Part shown: positions 28,570 to 38,531 of the stretch, one piece after another | Position numbering within the stretch: the first letter of the stretch is position 1 | Layout of the letters: each line of letters begins with the position of its first letter | Source: an uncultured Gemmatimonadales bacterium | GTDB taxonomy: Bacteria; Gemmatimonadota; Gemmatimonadetes; Longimicrobiales; RSA9 | Assembly (NCBI GenBank): GCA_963798085.1 | Contig: CAWCRS010000003.1 | Coordinates: forward strand, 224,001-288,000 | Direction: 5' to 3' | Length of the DNA: 64,000 nt | Translations under genes and position numbers: made by a program | Notes under the pieces: generated by a model | Told to the model about the DNA's origin: nothing | Database searches by the model: none | What the model saw: the letters and a program-made list of their open reading frames with translations, nothing else

Positions 28570-31500
28570 CTACGATCCTGTGTACGTGAAAGCCGCCCAC
28601 ACCCACGGCCGGCGCTGACCCGGATCTGCCGAGTGCAGTGCGGCCAGCTGCGCATCCCGCAGCGCAGCCACGGCGTCCATGCCACGGGCGACGCTTTCGT
28701 GGAAGCGGATCAGCAGAGTCTTCGTCGCTGCGTCCCCAATATCCCAGAGGGTACTGACAGTGCGCGGTGTGCCGGCGCGCAGAAAGCTGTAGGCCAGACC
28801 GGCCACAGGGCCGGTCCGACTCGCACGCGGGCTCAGCGTGCTGCACGCCGAAAGCACGACGAGTTTCACATTAGACAGGCGCAGCCCGCCGATTTCCCGC
28901 GCGCTCACCATCCCGTTACCTGACGTGTCCGCCGCCAGCGCGAGGAACGATCGCTCGGGTCGCTCCTCGTTGAGCACGGCATGGCCGGCGAAGTGAACGA
29001 CGGAATGGGCGGGCAGCAACGCGAGGAATGTCGACGCCGTCGCCTGCGTATCGGTCAGCAGCGTCTTTCGCTCATAGAGATTTGCGATTGCCCGCGCCTC
29101 CGCGTCGGCGCCCGGCAGATCGGGAAGATCACTTTCCAGCGTGCCGTCCTGAGCGGGATTGCCGATCACCAGCGCGCTGGTCGTGGCCGGCTCCGGTTTC
29201 GGATGCGCGGCCGCGGCCAGGTAGAACCAGGCACTCGGCTCCATACGCACGGCGAAATGCTCGAGCACATAGCTGCGGCTGCGCGCATCGCGCAGCGCAC
29301 TGAAAGGCAGGCGGTTCAGCTCGCGGTCGGGCACAATCGTGAGCTGGTCAATGCCAGCCAGCTCGCTCGCGAATGGCGCAATCAGGAGATCATGGAGGCG
29401 GGCGGCCAGGGCATCCGCGTCGCGCTTCCCCGCCATGGCCTGCGTGTAGCCCTCGACCAGCGCTGCAACCGAATCGCGCGAGACATCAGCACTGAAATGC
29501 TTCTGCCCGCGACGCGTCACCGTCCAGATCTCGAGCCGCTGGTCCAGCAGTGCATACTCGATCAGCATCATGCTGTCGGGCAGCTGCCGACGCAGCGCTG
29601 CCAGGGTGAGCCCGCCGCCGGGCATGGCCGCGTCGGGCCAGGCGGCGACACGGCCGCGCTCGAGATACTGCAACGCTTCCGCAGGATGGTCCGCCGCCAG
29701 CTCGAGCCTGATCATGGCGTCGAACACGTTCTCGACCGTCTCGTAGAACGTGGCGCGTACTTCCGCCGTCTGGAACGTCGGCTGGCGACCCTCGATCAGC
29801 TCGATTGCCTGCAGCAATGCCAGGCGGGCGTTCTTCGTGTCACCTGACGCGTTCGCCGCGAGTGAGAGCTGGTAGAGCGCGGTCGGAACGTGCAGCGCCA
29901 GGTTCAGCTGGCGATACTCGGCGACGACCCGCTCGAGCAACTGTTCCGAACCGCGTGCATCGTCGTCGCGCATTGCCTGCGCCCGCACCAGATCAATGTC
30001 GGCACGCACGCGGTCGCGGCCATCACCCGGCGCGATGCGGTCCGCCGCGCGCATGGCTTCCTGCAGCGTGGCGCGCGCAGCCGCCGGGCGGTGCAGCGCC
30101 AGCTCGTCGGCCGCGCGCGACCGCAGCGCCCACGCCAGATAGGACGCATCCGGCAGTGTGCGAGCCACTTCCAGTACTTCATTCATGACGGCGAGCGCCG
30201 CGTACCGGTAGTCGTAGGCACGCGCGTATGCGGCCACCGTCGTCAGCTGCTGGTTGAGCCAGCTCGATTCGCGGTACCCGGAAAGCGTGCGCAGTCCGCG
30301 ATACGCCTCCACATCACCCGCCGCTGTCTGGCCCGCCAGATTCAGCGCCTCCGAGATCAGGTAGGAGATCGCGCCCTCGTTCTCGACTTCGCCAGTCCGC
30401 GTGAAGGAGGGTGCCGCCTCGCGGTACCGGCGGAGGGCTGACTCGTAGTTAGCGCGACGCAGCTGCACCACGCCTTCCGCCCATATTGCCTTGCCCCGCA
30501 GCGCCGGCTCTTCAGCGGTGGCTTCACTCGCGGCCATGTGATACATGCTGTCCACCGCCGCGTCGGCTGCGTGCGCCATGAGCGCAGCCGCGCGATAGAA
30601 CAGCGCCCACTTGTACGTGGGTACGCCCAGCTGGCGCAGCTGCTGCTCGCTGCGCGCCAGCAGGGGCGCCGCACTCCGCACATCACCACGCTGGTAAGCG
30701 CTGAACCCTGCGCCGAAATCCACGAAGGCGCGCGCCAGCTGCAGCGAGCGCTGCGGCTGTTCAAGGGCTGCGTCGATCGCCTCCACTGCGAGCGCCACAC
30801 TGCGGTCCAGCCCGCCCCGGTCGCTGGCTTCCGCAATGCTGCGCGCCGCCCCAAGCAGGCGTGCGGCGCGCGACGAATCCCCCTTCAGGGCGGCCTCGCC
30901 CCACGCCGCGAGCAGTGTGCCGAAACAGAACTCGCGCGCTGTCTGCGGCGAAGTCAGGACCTGCGCTGTCACAGCTTCAGGCGACACGGCGCGCGTCGCG
31001 TCCGCGTGCAGCAGATCGTCCCACGCGGGTGTCTCCCTGCTCGCCGCCGTGCTGCGCAGCCTCGCCGCCGCTTCCGACTTCCACGACGCCGCGGTCTCGA
31101 GCGAGTCGTAGTGCGCCCATGCCTGCCGCGCACGCGCACGCAGCTGCAGCCGCTCCAGCACCAGCGCGCGATTGAACTGCGCCGCGCGCAGCGTGGAATC
31201 GATGCTGACGGCGCGCTCCGCCAGATCCAGCGCTCGCAGCATGGGCCTGAGCTGCTGGTCGCGCTCCGCCAGCGCGATGGAGGCCACGGCGAGATCGTTG
31301 AGCAGCGCTGCGTCCCGCGGGGTCTGGTGCAGCGCGCGCTCGAGTGATCGTACGGCACGGTCGAGCGCCGCGGGTGAGCCTTGCCGGTAGCGCAGATCGA
31401 CCAGCGCACTGGCATGCAACGCAGCCGCGGACGTGTCGGTGGTTATCCATTCACGCGCCCGCTCCAGCGCCTGGTCCAGCCGCCGTGCGCGTCGCGTCCC

Positions 31501-31725
31501 CGGCGCCGTTTCTGTGACACACGCAGTGCGTACCACGAGGGTCGTGCTGTCCGTCACTGCGCATGCGTTCCACGCCGTCTGCCCCACCAGACGACCCACC
31601 GTGAAGCGCTCTTCCTGCAGCGCCCGCGTCAACGCGGCCGGCGGCGCCTCCCTGCCGCGCGCGCACGCCGTCACGCCTGACTGCAGGCTCCCGACTAACA
31701 GCACGATAAGGGGGAGCCGCCGCAC
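28570..31725 (-). CDS. TPR-CHAT (caspase-like) protease, possibly lipoprotein or membrane-anchored
   Basis: CHAT motifs IVPDRELNRLPF, HFAGH, LVVLSACST, AYSFLRAG, STLWDI, WAAF; TPR-like helices; GTG start at 31725 gives a hydrophobic leader ending VTAC (ORF open to 31917). Confidence 0.9.
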   Translation of the reverse strand: MRRLPLIVLLVGSLQSGVTACARGREAPPAALTRALQEERFTVGRLVGQTAWNACAVTDSTTLVVRTACVTETAPGTRRARRLDQALERAREWITTDTSAAALHASALVDLRYRQGSPAALDRAVRSLERALHQTPRDAALLNDLAVASIALAERDQQLRPMLRALDLAERAVSIDSTLRAAQFNRALVLERLQLRARARQAWAHYDSLETAASWKSEAAARLRSTAASRETPAWDDLLHADATRAVSPEAVTAQVLTSPQTAREFCFGTLLAAWGEAALKGDSSRAARLLGAARSIAEASDRGGLDRSVALAVEAIDAALEQPQRSLQLARAFVDFGAGFSAYQRGDVRSAAPLLARSEQQLRQLGVPTYKWALFYRAAALMAHAADAAVDSMYHMAASEATAEEPALRGKAIWAEGVVQLRRANYESALRRYREAAPSFTRTGEVENEGAISYLISEALNLAGQTAAGDVEAYRGLRTLSGYRESSWLNQQLTTVAAYARAYDYRYAALAVMNEVLEVARTLPDASYLAWALRSRAADELALHRPAAARATLQEAMRAADRIAPGDGRDRVRADIDLVRAQAMRDDDARGSEQLLERVVAEYRQLNLALHVPTALYQLSLAANASGDTKNARLALLQAIELIEGRQPTFQTAEVRATFYETVENVFDAMIRLELAADHPAEALQYLERGRVAAWPDAAMPGGGLTLAALRRQLPDSMMLIEYALLDQRLEIWTVTRRGQKHFSADVSRDSVAALVEGYTQAMAGKRDADALAARLHDLLIAPFASELAGIDQLTIVPDRELNRLPFSALRDARSRSYVLEHFAVRMEPSAWFYLAAAAHPKPEPATTSALVIGNPAQDGTLESDLPDLPGADAEARAIANLYERKTLLTDTQATASTFLALLPAHSVVHFAGHAVLNEERPERSFLALAADTSGNGMVSAREIGGLRLSNVKLVVLSACSTLSPRASRTGPVAGLAYSFLRAGTPRTVSTLWDIGDAATKTLLIRFHESVARGMDAVAALRDAQLAALHSADPGQRRPWVWAAFTYTGS

Positions 31726-32014
31726 CGGGCCGATCCCGCTGCCGCCTGCCGCAGCTCCGCGCACTGTACGTTGTCTCGACAATGGTTGTCGATCGCGCCG
31801 AAGGAACGGGGGTGTGCGGCAGCCGAGTCGCAGTGCCGCACGGGATTGCAGGCTACCCTGATCAGCCGCGAACGGCTCGAAAATACGGAGCGGCTCCGCC
31901 ATTGCCACGACCGCCAACGCAAGCGTTAGGAGCGACAGGCGCAGTCAGCGGCCAGGAAAGTGTGGTGTCGTGGGTGAGCAGTGGTCGTCACAGTGGGGGA
32001 TGGCGGCAGCGTAT

Positions 32015-32345
32015 GGACCGTCCTGGCGCTCATTCGCACACCAGCTTATCGGACCGTCCTGGCACCCCTGCCGTTATCGGACCGTCCTGACACCCCTGCC
32101 GTTATCGGACCGTCCTGGCACCCCTGCCGTTATCGGACCGTCTTGGCATTCTTGCGTTTCGGCCAGCGGCCGAATCCTCGCGACCCGCGCAACCATGAAC
32201 AATGGTCAGTCGATACCGACATGGGTCGCCTGCATGGGCGCGCGTTGCGTAAGGAAAGACACGCCAGGACGGTCCGACAATTGGCAAGGAAAGAACGCCA
32301 GGACGGTCCGACAATTGGCAAGGAAAGAATGCCAGGACGGTCCGC
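32015..32345. repeat. Two opposed short-repeat arrays sharing a ~15-bp core (TCGGACCGTCCTGGC and its reverse complement)
   Basis: 28-bp unit at 32046, 32074, 32102, 32130 plus a partial core at 32015; 34-35-bp unit at 32251, 32286, 32320 with the core inverted. Confidence 0.9.
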
Positions 32346-32355
32346 TAAGCCGGAC

Positions 32356-32840
32356 TCAGTCGCTGCTCTCGCCGGTTTTGCTGTTGGCGCGATCGACGAA
32401 CTGCTGCAGGATGGCGCTCCAGCCGTCCGGCGAAGACACGCCCGTGCGAATCGCCTCCGCCCCCTCGCCGTGACGCTCGAAATGGCGGTGTTCCAGCTCG
32501 ACGCGCGTACGATCCGCCGCCTCCGCAATGAAACGCACCTCCACTTCACTCGCGTGGCTGATGTCCGGATCGAACGTCCACTGAGCGTTCAGCTGCCACG
32601 CCAGCACCACGCGCCGCGGCGGCTCCCACACGAGTACGCGGCCCCACTCACACTCGCTGCCATTTACGCAGCGCTCGTAGAAGCGTCCATTGGCCGCCGG
32701 CTGCATCACGACTTCCCGCAACTCGGCCCCACCGATGTGATGGCTGGCGGCCACCAGCTCGTGATCGAGCCAGTGAACACGCGGAAGGCGCGCGCCTGCG
32801 GCGTGCTCACGATTGCCGAGCAGCGAACGCTCGGCTCCAC
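32356..32840 (-). CDS. SRPBCC/AHSA1-family protein; frameshift near 32745
   Basis: AFRVFT..ITSWWP in one frame, then HHIG..GRFYER..CEWGRVLVWEPPRRVVLAWQL..SEVEVRF..TRVELEHR in another. Confidence 0.8.
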
Positions 32841-33064
32841 CGTCTGTTGTGCTTCCCTCTTGGTTTCTCCCCGGTGGTTTCGGCCGCCGCCTTGAACACG
32901 GCCAGTGCTTGTGCCAGAACCGGTCGAACCAGGCCCGCAAGCCATGGCTTACGGTACGTGGATGCTTACCACTATCAAGACCCATCCAACCCTGATGGCC
33001 GCGTCCCGCATCGGCGCGAGTGGCGGGTACCGCTGCGCGAGCGGCAGCGGCCGGGTGGCAACTG

Positions 33065-33210
33065 GGCGGCGCGAACCAGGCGCCGGGAACCAGGCGGGTG
33101 GGATCCGGGTGGCGGGAGCCAGGCGCGCGGCGGAACCAGGCGGCGCGAACCAGGCGGCGCGAACCAGGCGGCGCGAACCAGGCGGGATCCGGGTGGCGGA
33201 AACCGGGCGG
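33065..33210. repeat. Degenerate 14-bp GC-rich tandem repeat (GGCGGCGCGAACCA)
   Basis: Three exact copies at 33139-33180 and degenerate GAACCAGGCG copies at 33073, 33087, 33117 and 33133; GGGATCCGGGTGGCGG occurs twice. Confidence 0.75.
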
Positions 33211-33385
33211 CGACCGGGCGGATCGGCAGCCGGTCACGGGTCCAGTGGGTCCGGTCACGGGTCAGACGGACCGGGATCCGCGGTCCGCACGACAGCGCCG
33301 CGCTGCAGGCCGCCCCCTGGCGCGCTCTGCGCAGCGCCGGGGGCGGCTCTAACATGTGGTTATGATGCCGCGGCGCCTCGACCCA

Positions 33386-35224
33386 TCAGCTGATGGTGAT
33401 GATCACTGTCCCATCGCTGTGACCGAGCTGGCTGGCGAGGCGGTACTGGAACGTGAACGTGCCGGTGAATCCCGCGGGCGGGGTGAAGCTGAAGCTGCCG
33501 TCCGCCATCACCGTGAGCAGACCACCGTTGAATCCGCCCACGCCGAAGGCCACGCTGCCGCCGGCTGTGTAGCTGGTGGCAGCGCCGCCCAGATCGGCAC
33601 CGCCAAAGCTGATGACCGTGCCCAGCGGGAAACCCGGGTCGTCATTGGCAAGCACACCCGTGGCCGCGTTCACGGTCAGAGTCATGCCGGCGCCCACCAT
33701 GTATGCATCGTCCACTGTGGACGGTGCGACGCCGACATTGATCGTCACCGTCGCATCGGAGCTGCCGGTGGCGTTCTGCAGCCGGTACTGGAACGTGAAA
33801 GCACCCTGGAAGTTGTTGCTCGGTGTGAATGTCAGGCTGCCGTCCGCGTTCACGCGGATGGAGCCACCGGTGCCGAATGCCACCGTCGTGCCCACGACAT
33901 TGGCGGTCGCGGTGCCCAGCAGGCTGCCACCACCGAACGACACGATGGTGCCGCTCGGTACGCCCAGTGTGTCATTGGCCAGCAGGCCGGGCGCGGGCAC
34001 CACCAGGGGTGTGTTTTTCGTCGCGGCAATCGTGTCCGCTACTGCGACCGGCGCCGCGTTGAGGCGCACCACAATGAGCGCCGAATCGGTGACGGCGCCA
34101 CTCGTGGCACGGACGTAGACGCTGCCGTTGGCCACGGCGCTGACAATGCCGTTTGGTGCGACAACAGCCACGCCGCCATTCGCTGTGCTCCACACTACCG
34201 CCGGCGCAGTGATCGGCTGGCCATTGGCATCCACGCCCGTCGCGGTGAGCTGCGCCGTGGGTGCGGCGCTCGTCAGCGTGTCGACGGCGGGACTCACGGT
34301 CAGACTGACCGCCACCTGCGCAACAGTGACCTGCGCCTGGCCGGTCACCGTGCCGATTGTGGCGCGCACCTGCGCCGTGCCGTTCCCCTTCGCGGTGGCG
34401 AGGCCCGTGCTGCTCACGTCGACAACCGCAGTATTGCTGCTGGACCAGACGAAGCTGCCGGCCGGCACTGTCACCGGATTGCCGTTGCGGTCCTTGGCCG
34501 AGGCCTGGAACTGCTGTGTCGCATTCGCGGAAGTGAACTGGACCGTGCCCGGATCGACGGTGATGCTGGCGGCCGCGGGCTGCACGGTCACCTGGGCGTC
34601 GCCCGTGGCGCCGTCCATGGTGGCGCGGACCGTCGCGCTGCCCGGGCTGACGGCCAGCACGTTCCCGCTGGCGTCCACCGCCACAATGTTTGAATTGGTC
34701 GATGTCCAGGCCGGCACGCGACCCGAAATGACGTTGTCGTGCGCGTCCTTCGCGACGAACTGCAGGACGGCCTGCGCTCCGATGGCATCGAGCAGCAATG
34801 GCGTCGGCGTGACCGTGATGCTGGCGGCCGGTCCGGCCACTGCGGTCGCGTGGAAGGTCACGGTTGCCGTGCCGATCGTCAGGGTGGCAGCCTGATCGCC
34901 CGCGGTGGGCCCCAGCGTCCAGTTGGCGCCGGCGCGACCGTTGTCGTCCGTCTTCATGGCGGTCGGTGTCACCGATCCGCCACCCGCGGCCTGCCACGCG
35001 ACCGTGGCGCCGCTCACCGGCTTGCCCTGCGCATCCAGCGCTTTCGCCACCACCGGCTGGATCAGCTGTGTGGCCACGGCGCCGCCCTGCAGGTCGCCAC
35101 TCGCGGCCTCGACGGTGGTCACCCGCCCTTCCGGCGGCCCCGCATTGTCCTTGCAGGCTGTTAGAAAGGCAGCGCAGCAGAGCAATGCGGCGGCGCGGGC
35201 CGGGCGGTAGCGGATCGGGATCAT
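33386..35224 (-). CDS. Ig-like domain repeat lipoprotein (Big_1/Big_2 plus tandem Big_9-like)
   Basis: Lipobox LTAC; repeated W.SSN..V..V...G...A...G.A; LAND..G and ADGS..FTP...F.G.FTFQYRL repeats. Confidence 0.88.
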   Translation of the reverse strand: MIPIRYRPARAAALLCCAAFLTACKDNAGPPEGRVTTVEAASGDLQGGAVATQLIQPVVAKALDAQGKPVSGATVAWQAAGGGSVTPTAMKTDDNGRAGANWTLGPTAGDQAATLTIGTATVTFHATAVAGPAASITVTPTPLLLDAIGAQAVLQFVAKDAHDNVISGRVPAWTSTNSNIVAVDASGNVLAVSPGSATVRATMDGATGDAQVTVQPAAASITVDPGTVQFTSANATQQFQASAKDRNGNPVTVPAGSFVWSSSNTAVVDVSSTGLATAKGNGTAQVRATIGTVTGQAQVTVAQVAVSLTVSPAVDTLTSAAPTAQLTATGVDANGQPITAPAVVWSTANGGVAVVAPNGIVSAVANGSVYVRATSGAVTDSALIVVRLNAAPVAVADTIAATKNTPLVVPAPGLLANDTLGVPSGTIVSFGGGSLLGTATANVVGTTVAFGTGGSIRVNADGSLTFTPSNNFQGAFTFQYRLQNATGSSDATVTINVGVAPSTVDDAYMVGAGMTLTVNAATGVLANDDPGFPLGTVISFGGADLGGAATSYTAGGSVAFGVGGFNGGLLTVMADGSFSFTPPAGFTGTFTFQYRLASQLGHSDGTVIITIS

Positions 35225-35846
35225 GTGGCAGCCTCGTTCGGGGGTTGTTCCGGTGCGATGGCCCGATCCCGTCGTCGCGATCCGGCTGCTGACTTCGCCG
35301 TTACGAACCCGCCGGTGGCACTGACGTTCCCACGCCGCTCGCCGCCCGCGCCATCCGCTCCCGCACTCAGCATTCCCTGCGATACAACGCCGACGCGCCG
35401 CCAGCGTGACAGGCGGCGCCCGACCCGCGTGTTCCCCGCCCGCGCACACCGCCGTTCGAGCATGGCTCCGGGCAGGCACGCGGCCCTCCGTGACTCCGGC
35501 TCAGCGGGCCGTACTCCCGGGCGATAGTGACAAAAACATGACGGTTAGCATTTCCCACGCTCAAGCCTCGAGACGGCGCACGAACCCATGCGCCACGTTG
35601 CCTGCCGCCTTCCCGTTGCGGGTCGCGGGACCGCTCGCACGTCTGAGCGACAGTCCGGATCGCGTGTGTGGCTGGTTGTGGGGCCATTCCCGGTCGGCCG
35701 GAGGGAGAGACTCAGGCCGGGCCCGAGTACCCATGGGCATTGCGCCGACCGCGCTGTCGTGCGGCAGACGTAGTCTCGCGATCAACGCGTCGCGGGCGGA
35801 CGCCGGCAGGCTGACGCCCGCACCGGCGGCCGGAGCAGCGGGTCGC

Positions 35847-38531
35847 CTAATCCGTAGTTAGTGCGCGCACCGGATCCACGCGGCTGGCGCGCCGGGCCGG
35901 CAGCAGCACGGCGAGCAGCGCCACCATTGCGGACAGAGCCGTCACACCGGCGATGATGGGCGGATCCCACGGGCTCACCTGGAAGAGCATGCTGCGCGCT
36001 ACCCGACCCAGCGCCAGCGTCAGCGCCAGGCCCGCGAGCAGCCCGGCCGCTGCCGGCGCCATGCCCTGGCGCAGCATCATCCCGGTCACCTGGCTGTGGC
36101 GTGCACCCAGCGCCATGCGCAGCCCGATCTCGCGCGTGCGCCGCGATACGATCCAGGCGACGACGCCGTACAGTCCCACCGACGCGAGCACCAGCGCAAT
36201 CGCCGCGAAGCTGCCCAGCGCAACCAGATAGAAGCGTGTGGGCGCCACCTCGCGGGCCACGGCTGCGTCGACGGTCTCGAGGTCGCGAACCGGCAGACCC
36301 GGATCGAGCGAACGCACCAGGTTGCGGATCGCGGCCCCGTCCGGCGCCATGCGGGCGCGTGTGCGCAGCAGCACGTGCAGCGCCAGCGGACCGAACTGCG
36401 GCAGCGGCACATAGACTTCGGACTCCGGTTCCCGCCGCACGCCCCGCTTCACATCGCCGGCTACGCCCACCACGGTCCACACCGGGGAACCATAGCCGAA
36501 GTCCGCCGTGACCCGGAAGCGCTGACCCAGCGGATCCTGCGTTCCAAACACGCGGTTGGAGAATGCCTGACTGATTACGGCCACAGGCGACGACGCACTG
36601 CCATTGGTCGCTTCGATCCAGCGCCCGCGCAGCAGCGGCATGCCTGCGGTGGCGGCGTAGCCGGGCGTGACCGCGTGCATTGATGCGAAGAGCATGTGGC
36701 CCGGCTCCGGCTCGGGCCTGCCCTGCACCAGGATCTCGCCGGAAATGTTCACCGGCGTGAGGGGCGGGCCGTATATCGAGCCCACGGACACCACGCCGGG
36801 CAGCGCGGCCAGTCGCTGCTCGAGCGTCTGGAACAACGCCGCGCCCGCGTCCAGCGAGCGATAGCGCGCAAGGTTGAGCGCCAGCTGGAAGCGCGTCAGC
36901 TCCTGCGGCTCGAAGCCGAGCCGCACGCGGTACATGCGGTCGAAGCTCTTGAGGACGAGGCCCGCGCCGGCCAGCAGCACGAGCGATAGCGCGACTTCGC
37001 CGGCCAGCAGTATCGATCGCGAACGCCGGGCACGCACGCCATCGCCTGCACGCTGCGTCGACACCAGGCCCGCGGCCAGCGAGCGGCGCGCCAGGCCCAG
37101 CGCCGGCGCACCGCCGAACAGGAGTGTTACCACCGTGCTGATGGCCAGCGTGAACAGCAGGACCGTGCCATCCAGGCCCGTCTGTTCACTGTGCGGCACC
37201 AGGCCGGCCGGCATGCGCCGCAGCAGCAGCACGGCAGCGCCCGCCAGCAAGAGGCCCAGCACCGTGCCCGCCGCGGACAGGAGCGCGCTCTCCATGAGCA
37301 CCGGCACGGCGAGGCGGCCGCCGGAGGCGCCCAGCGCCGAGCGCACGGCCACTTCGTTGCGCCGCGTCTCGCTGCGCACCAGCAGCAGATTTGCCACGTT
37401 GGCGCACGCGATCAGCAGCACCAGACCCACCGCACCCAGGATGAAGAGCAGCGCGCCGCGCACATCAGCCACCTGGTCATCCGCCAGACGCACGGCCCGG
37501 AAGCCGGTGCCGAGGTTCGACTGCGGATAGGCAGCCGCCAGCCGGCCGGCCAGTCCTTCTAACTGAGCATTAGCCATTTCCACGGTGGCGCCGGGCGCGA
37601 GCCGCCCGATCGTGTAGAGTGTGTGGCAACCTCGCCCGCAGGCCTCGGGAACCCGCCTCGCCACCCAGAGCTGCGCCTGGTCAGGGAAGGCGAAGCCTTC
37701 GGGCGCCACACCCACGACCTCGTAGCTGCCGCCGGACAGATCCAGCGTGGCGCCCAGGACATCGCTGCGTCCGCCCATGCGGTCGCGCCAGAAGCGGTAG
37801 CCCAGCACCACCACGAGCCCGCTGCCCGTCTCATTGTCCGCCTCCGCAATGTCGCGGCCCAGCAGCGGCGTCAGGTGGAAGGTGTGCAGCAAGCCGCTCG
37901 TTACCCGGCCCGTGGGAATCACCTCGGGATCACCGCTCCGCGTGATCACGGCCGTGCTCGCCCGCTGCCCCACGAGAGAAGCGAATGCCGGCAGCGCGCT
38001 CGCGTCCTCGAGGTCGGCCAGCGACATGTCGCCGCGCGCATCCGGATTCGAGGTCGCGTGCGCCCACACCATTACCAGCCCATCCGGATCGGCGTACGGC
38101 AGCGGCCGCAGCAACACGGCGTTAATGACGCTGAATACCGCGGTGTTTGCGCCCATGCCCAGTGCCAGCGTGAACACCGCCAGCGAGGTGAAGCCGGGTC
38201 GCCTGGCCAGCGATCGCACGGCAAAACGGAAATCCTGCAGCCACCGGTCCATGAACCCGCCTCCTCTCGAACGCTTCGGTGCGATTGCCGGGCGCGCGGG
38301 CCAGGATGGCCGCAGCCGCTCGAGCCAGCCGCGGCGCAGCAGCTCCAGCACCGCGCGCAGCTGGAACGCCGCCGCGCGCATCCGTGTCGGCCGGCCCGCC
38401 GCCTGCCACGCGGCACGCCAGTCCAGGTACGTGCGCTCCATGTCCGCGCCGAACTGCGCGCGGAAGCGGGGCGGGAATGCCCGCAGCGCTGCCCGCACGG
38501 GGAGCGGCAGACGATCCGGCTGATCCTTCAC
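35847..38531 (-). CDS. ADOP-family duplicated ABC permease with N-terminal extension
   Basis: QDFRFAVRSL, LLIACANVANLLL, RRTREIGLRMALGA, PARRASRVDP; coupled to PadR. Confidence 0.92.
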   Translation of the reverse strand: MKDQPDRLPLPVRAALRAFPPRFRAQFGADMERTYLDWRAAWQAAGRPTRMRAAAFQLRAVLELLRRGWLERLRPSWPARPAIAPKRSRGGGFMDRWLQDFRFAVRSLARRPGFTSLAVFTLALGMGANTAVFSVINAVLLRPLPYADPDGLVMVWAHATSNPDARGDMSLADLEDASALPAFASLVGQRASTAVITRSGDPEVIPTGRVTSGLLHTFHLTPLLGRDIAEADNETGSGLVVVLGYRFWRDRMGGRSDVLGATLDLSGGSYEVVGVAPEGFAFPDQAQLWVARRVPEACGRGCHTLYTIGRLAPGATVEMANAQLEGLAGRLAAAYPQSNLGTGFRAVRLADDQVADVRGALLFILGAVGLVLLIACANVANLLLVRSETRRNEVAVRSALGASGGRLAVPVLMESALLSAAGTVLGLLLAGAAVLLLRRMPAGLVPHSEQTGLDGTVLLFTLAISTVVTLLFGGAPALGLARRSLAAGLVSTQRAGDGVRARRSRSILLAGEVALSLVLLAGAGLVLKSFDRMYRVRLGFEPQELTRFQLALNLARYRSLDAGAALFQTLEQRLAALPGVVSVGSIYGPPLTPVNISGEILVQGRPEPEPGHMLFASMHAVTPGYAATAGMPLLRGRWIEATNGSASSPVAVISQAFSNRVFGTQDPLGQRFRVTADFGYGSPVWTVVGVAGDVKRGVRREPESEVYVPLPQFGPLALHVLLRTRARMAPDGAAIRNLVRSLDPGLPVRDLETVDAAVAREVAPTRFYLVALGSFAAIALVLASVGLYGVVAWIVSRRTREIGLRMALGARHSQVTGMMLRQGMAPAAAGLLAGLALTLALGRVARSMLFQVSPWDPPIIAGVTALSAMVALLAVLLPARRASRVDPVRALTTD

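Noticed and set aside
32015..32345. CRISPR array
   Set aside because: Inter-repeat sequences are short and near-identical rather than unique spacers, the two arms are inverted, and no cas genes are present
32900..32916. Sigma54 promoter upstream of the SRPBCC gene (TGGCAC on minus strand)
   Set aside because: The -12 element does not match TTGC
31970..33393. Repetitive ORFs spanning the repeat tracts (e.g. 31981-32895, 32905-33393)
   Set aside because: They are translations of DNA repeats or antisense to the SRPBCC gene, with no protein-like features
35225..35846. Gene or structured RNA in the 620-bp intergenic region upstream of the Ig lipoprotein
   Set aside because: No credible ORF or recognisable RNA family; a GGAAC-N17-GTT ECF-like match is too weak to call
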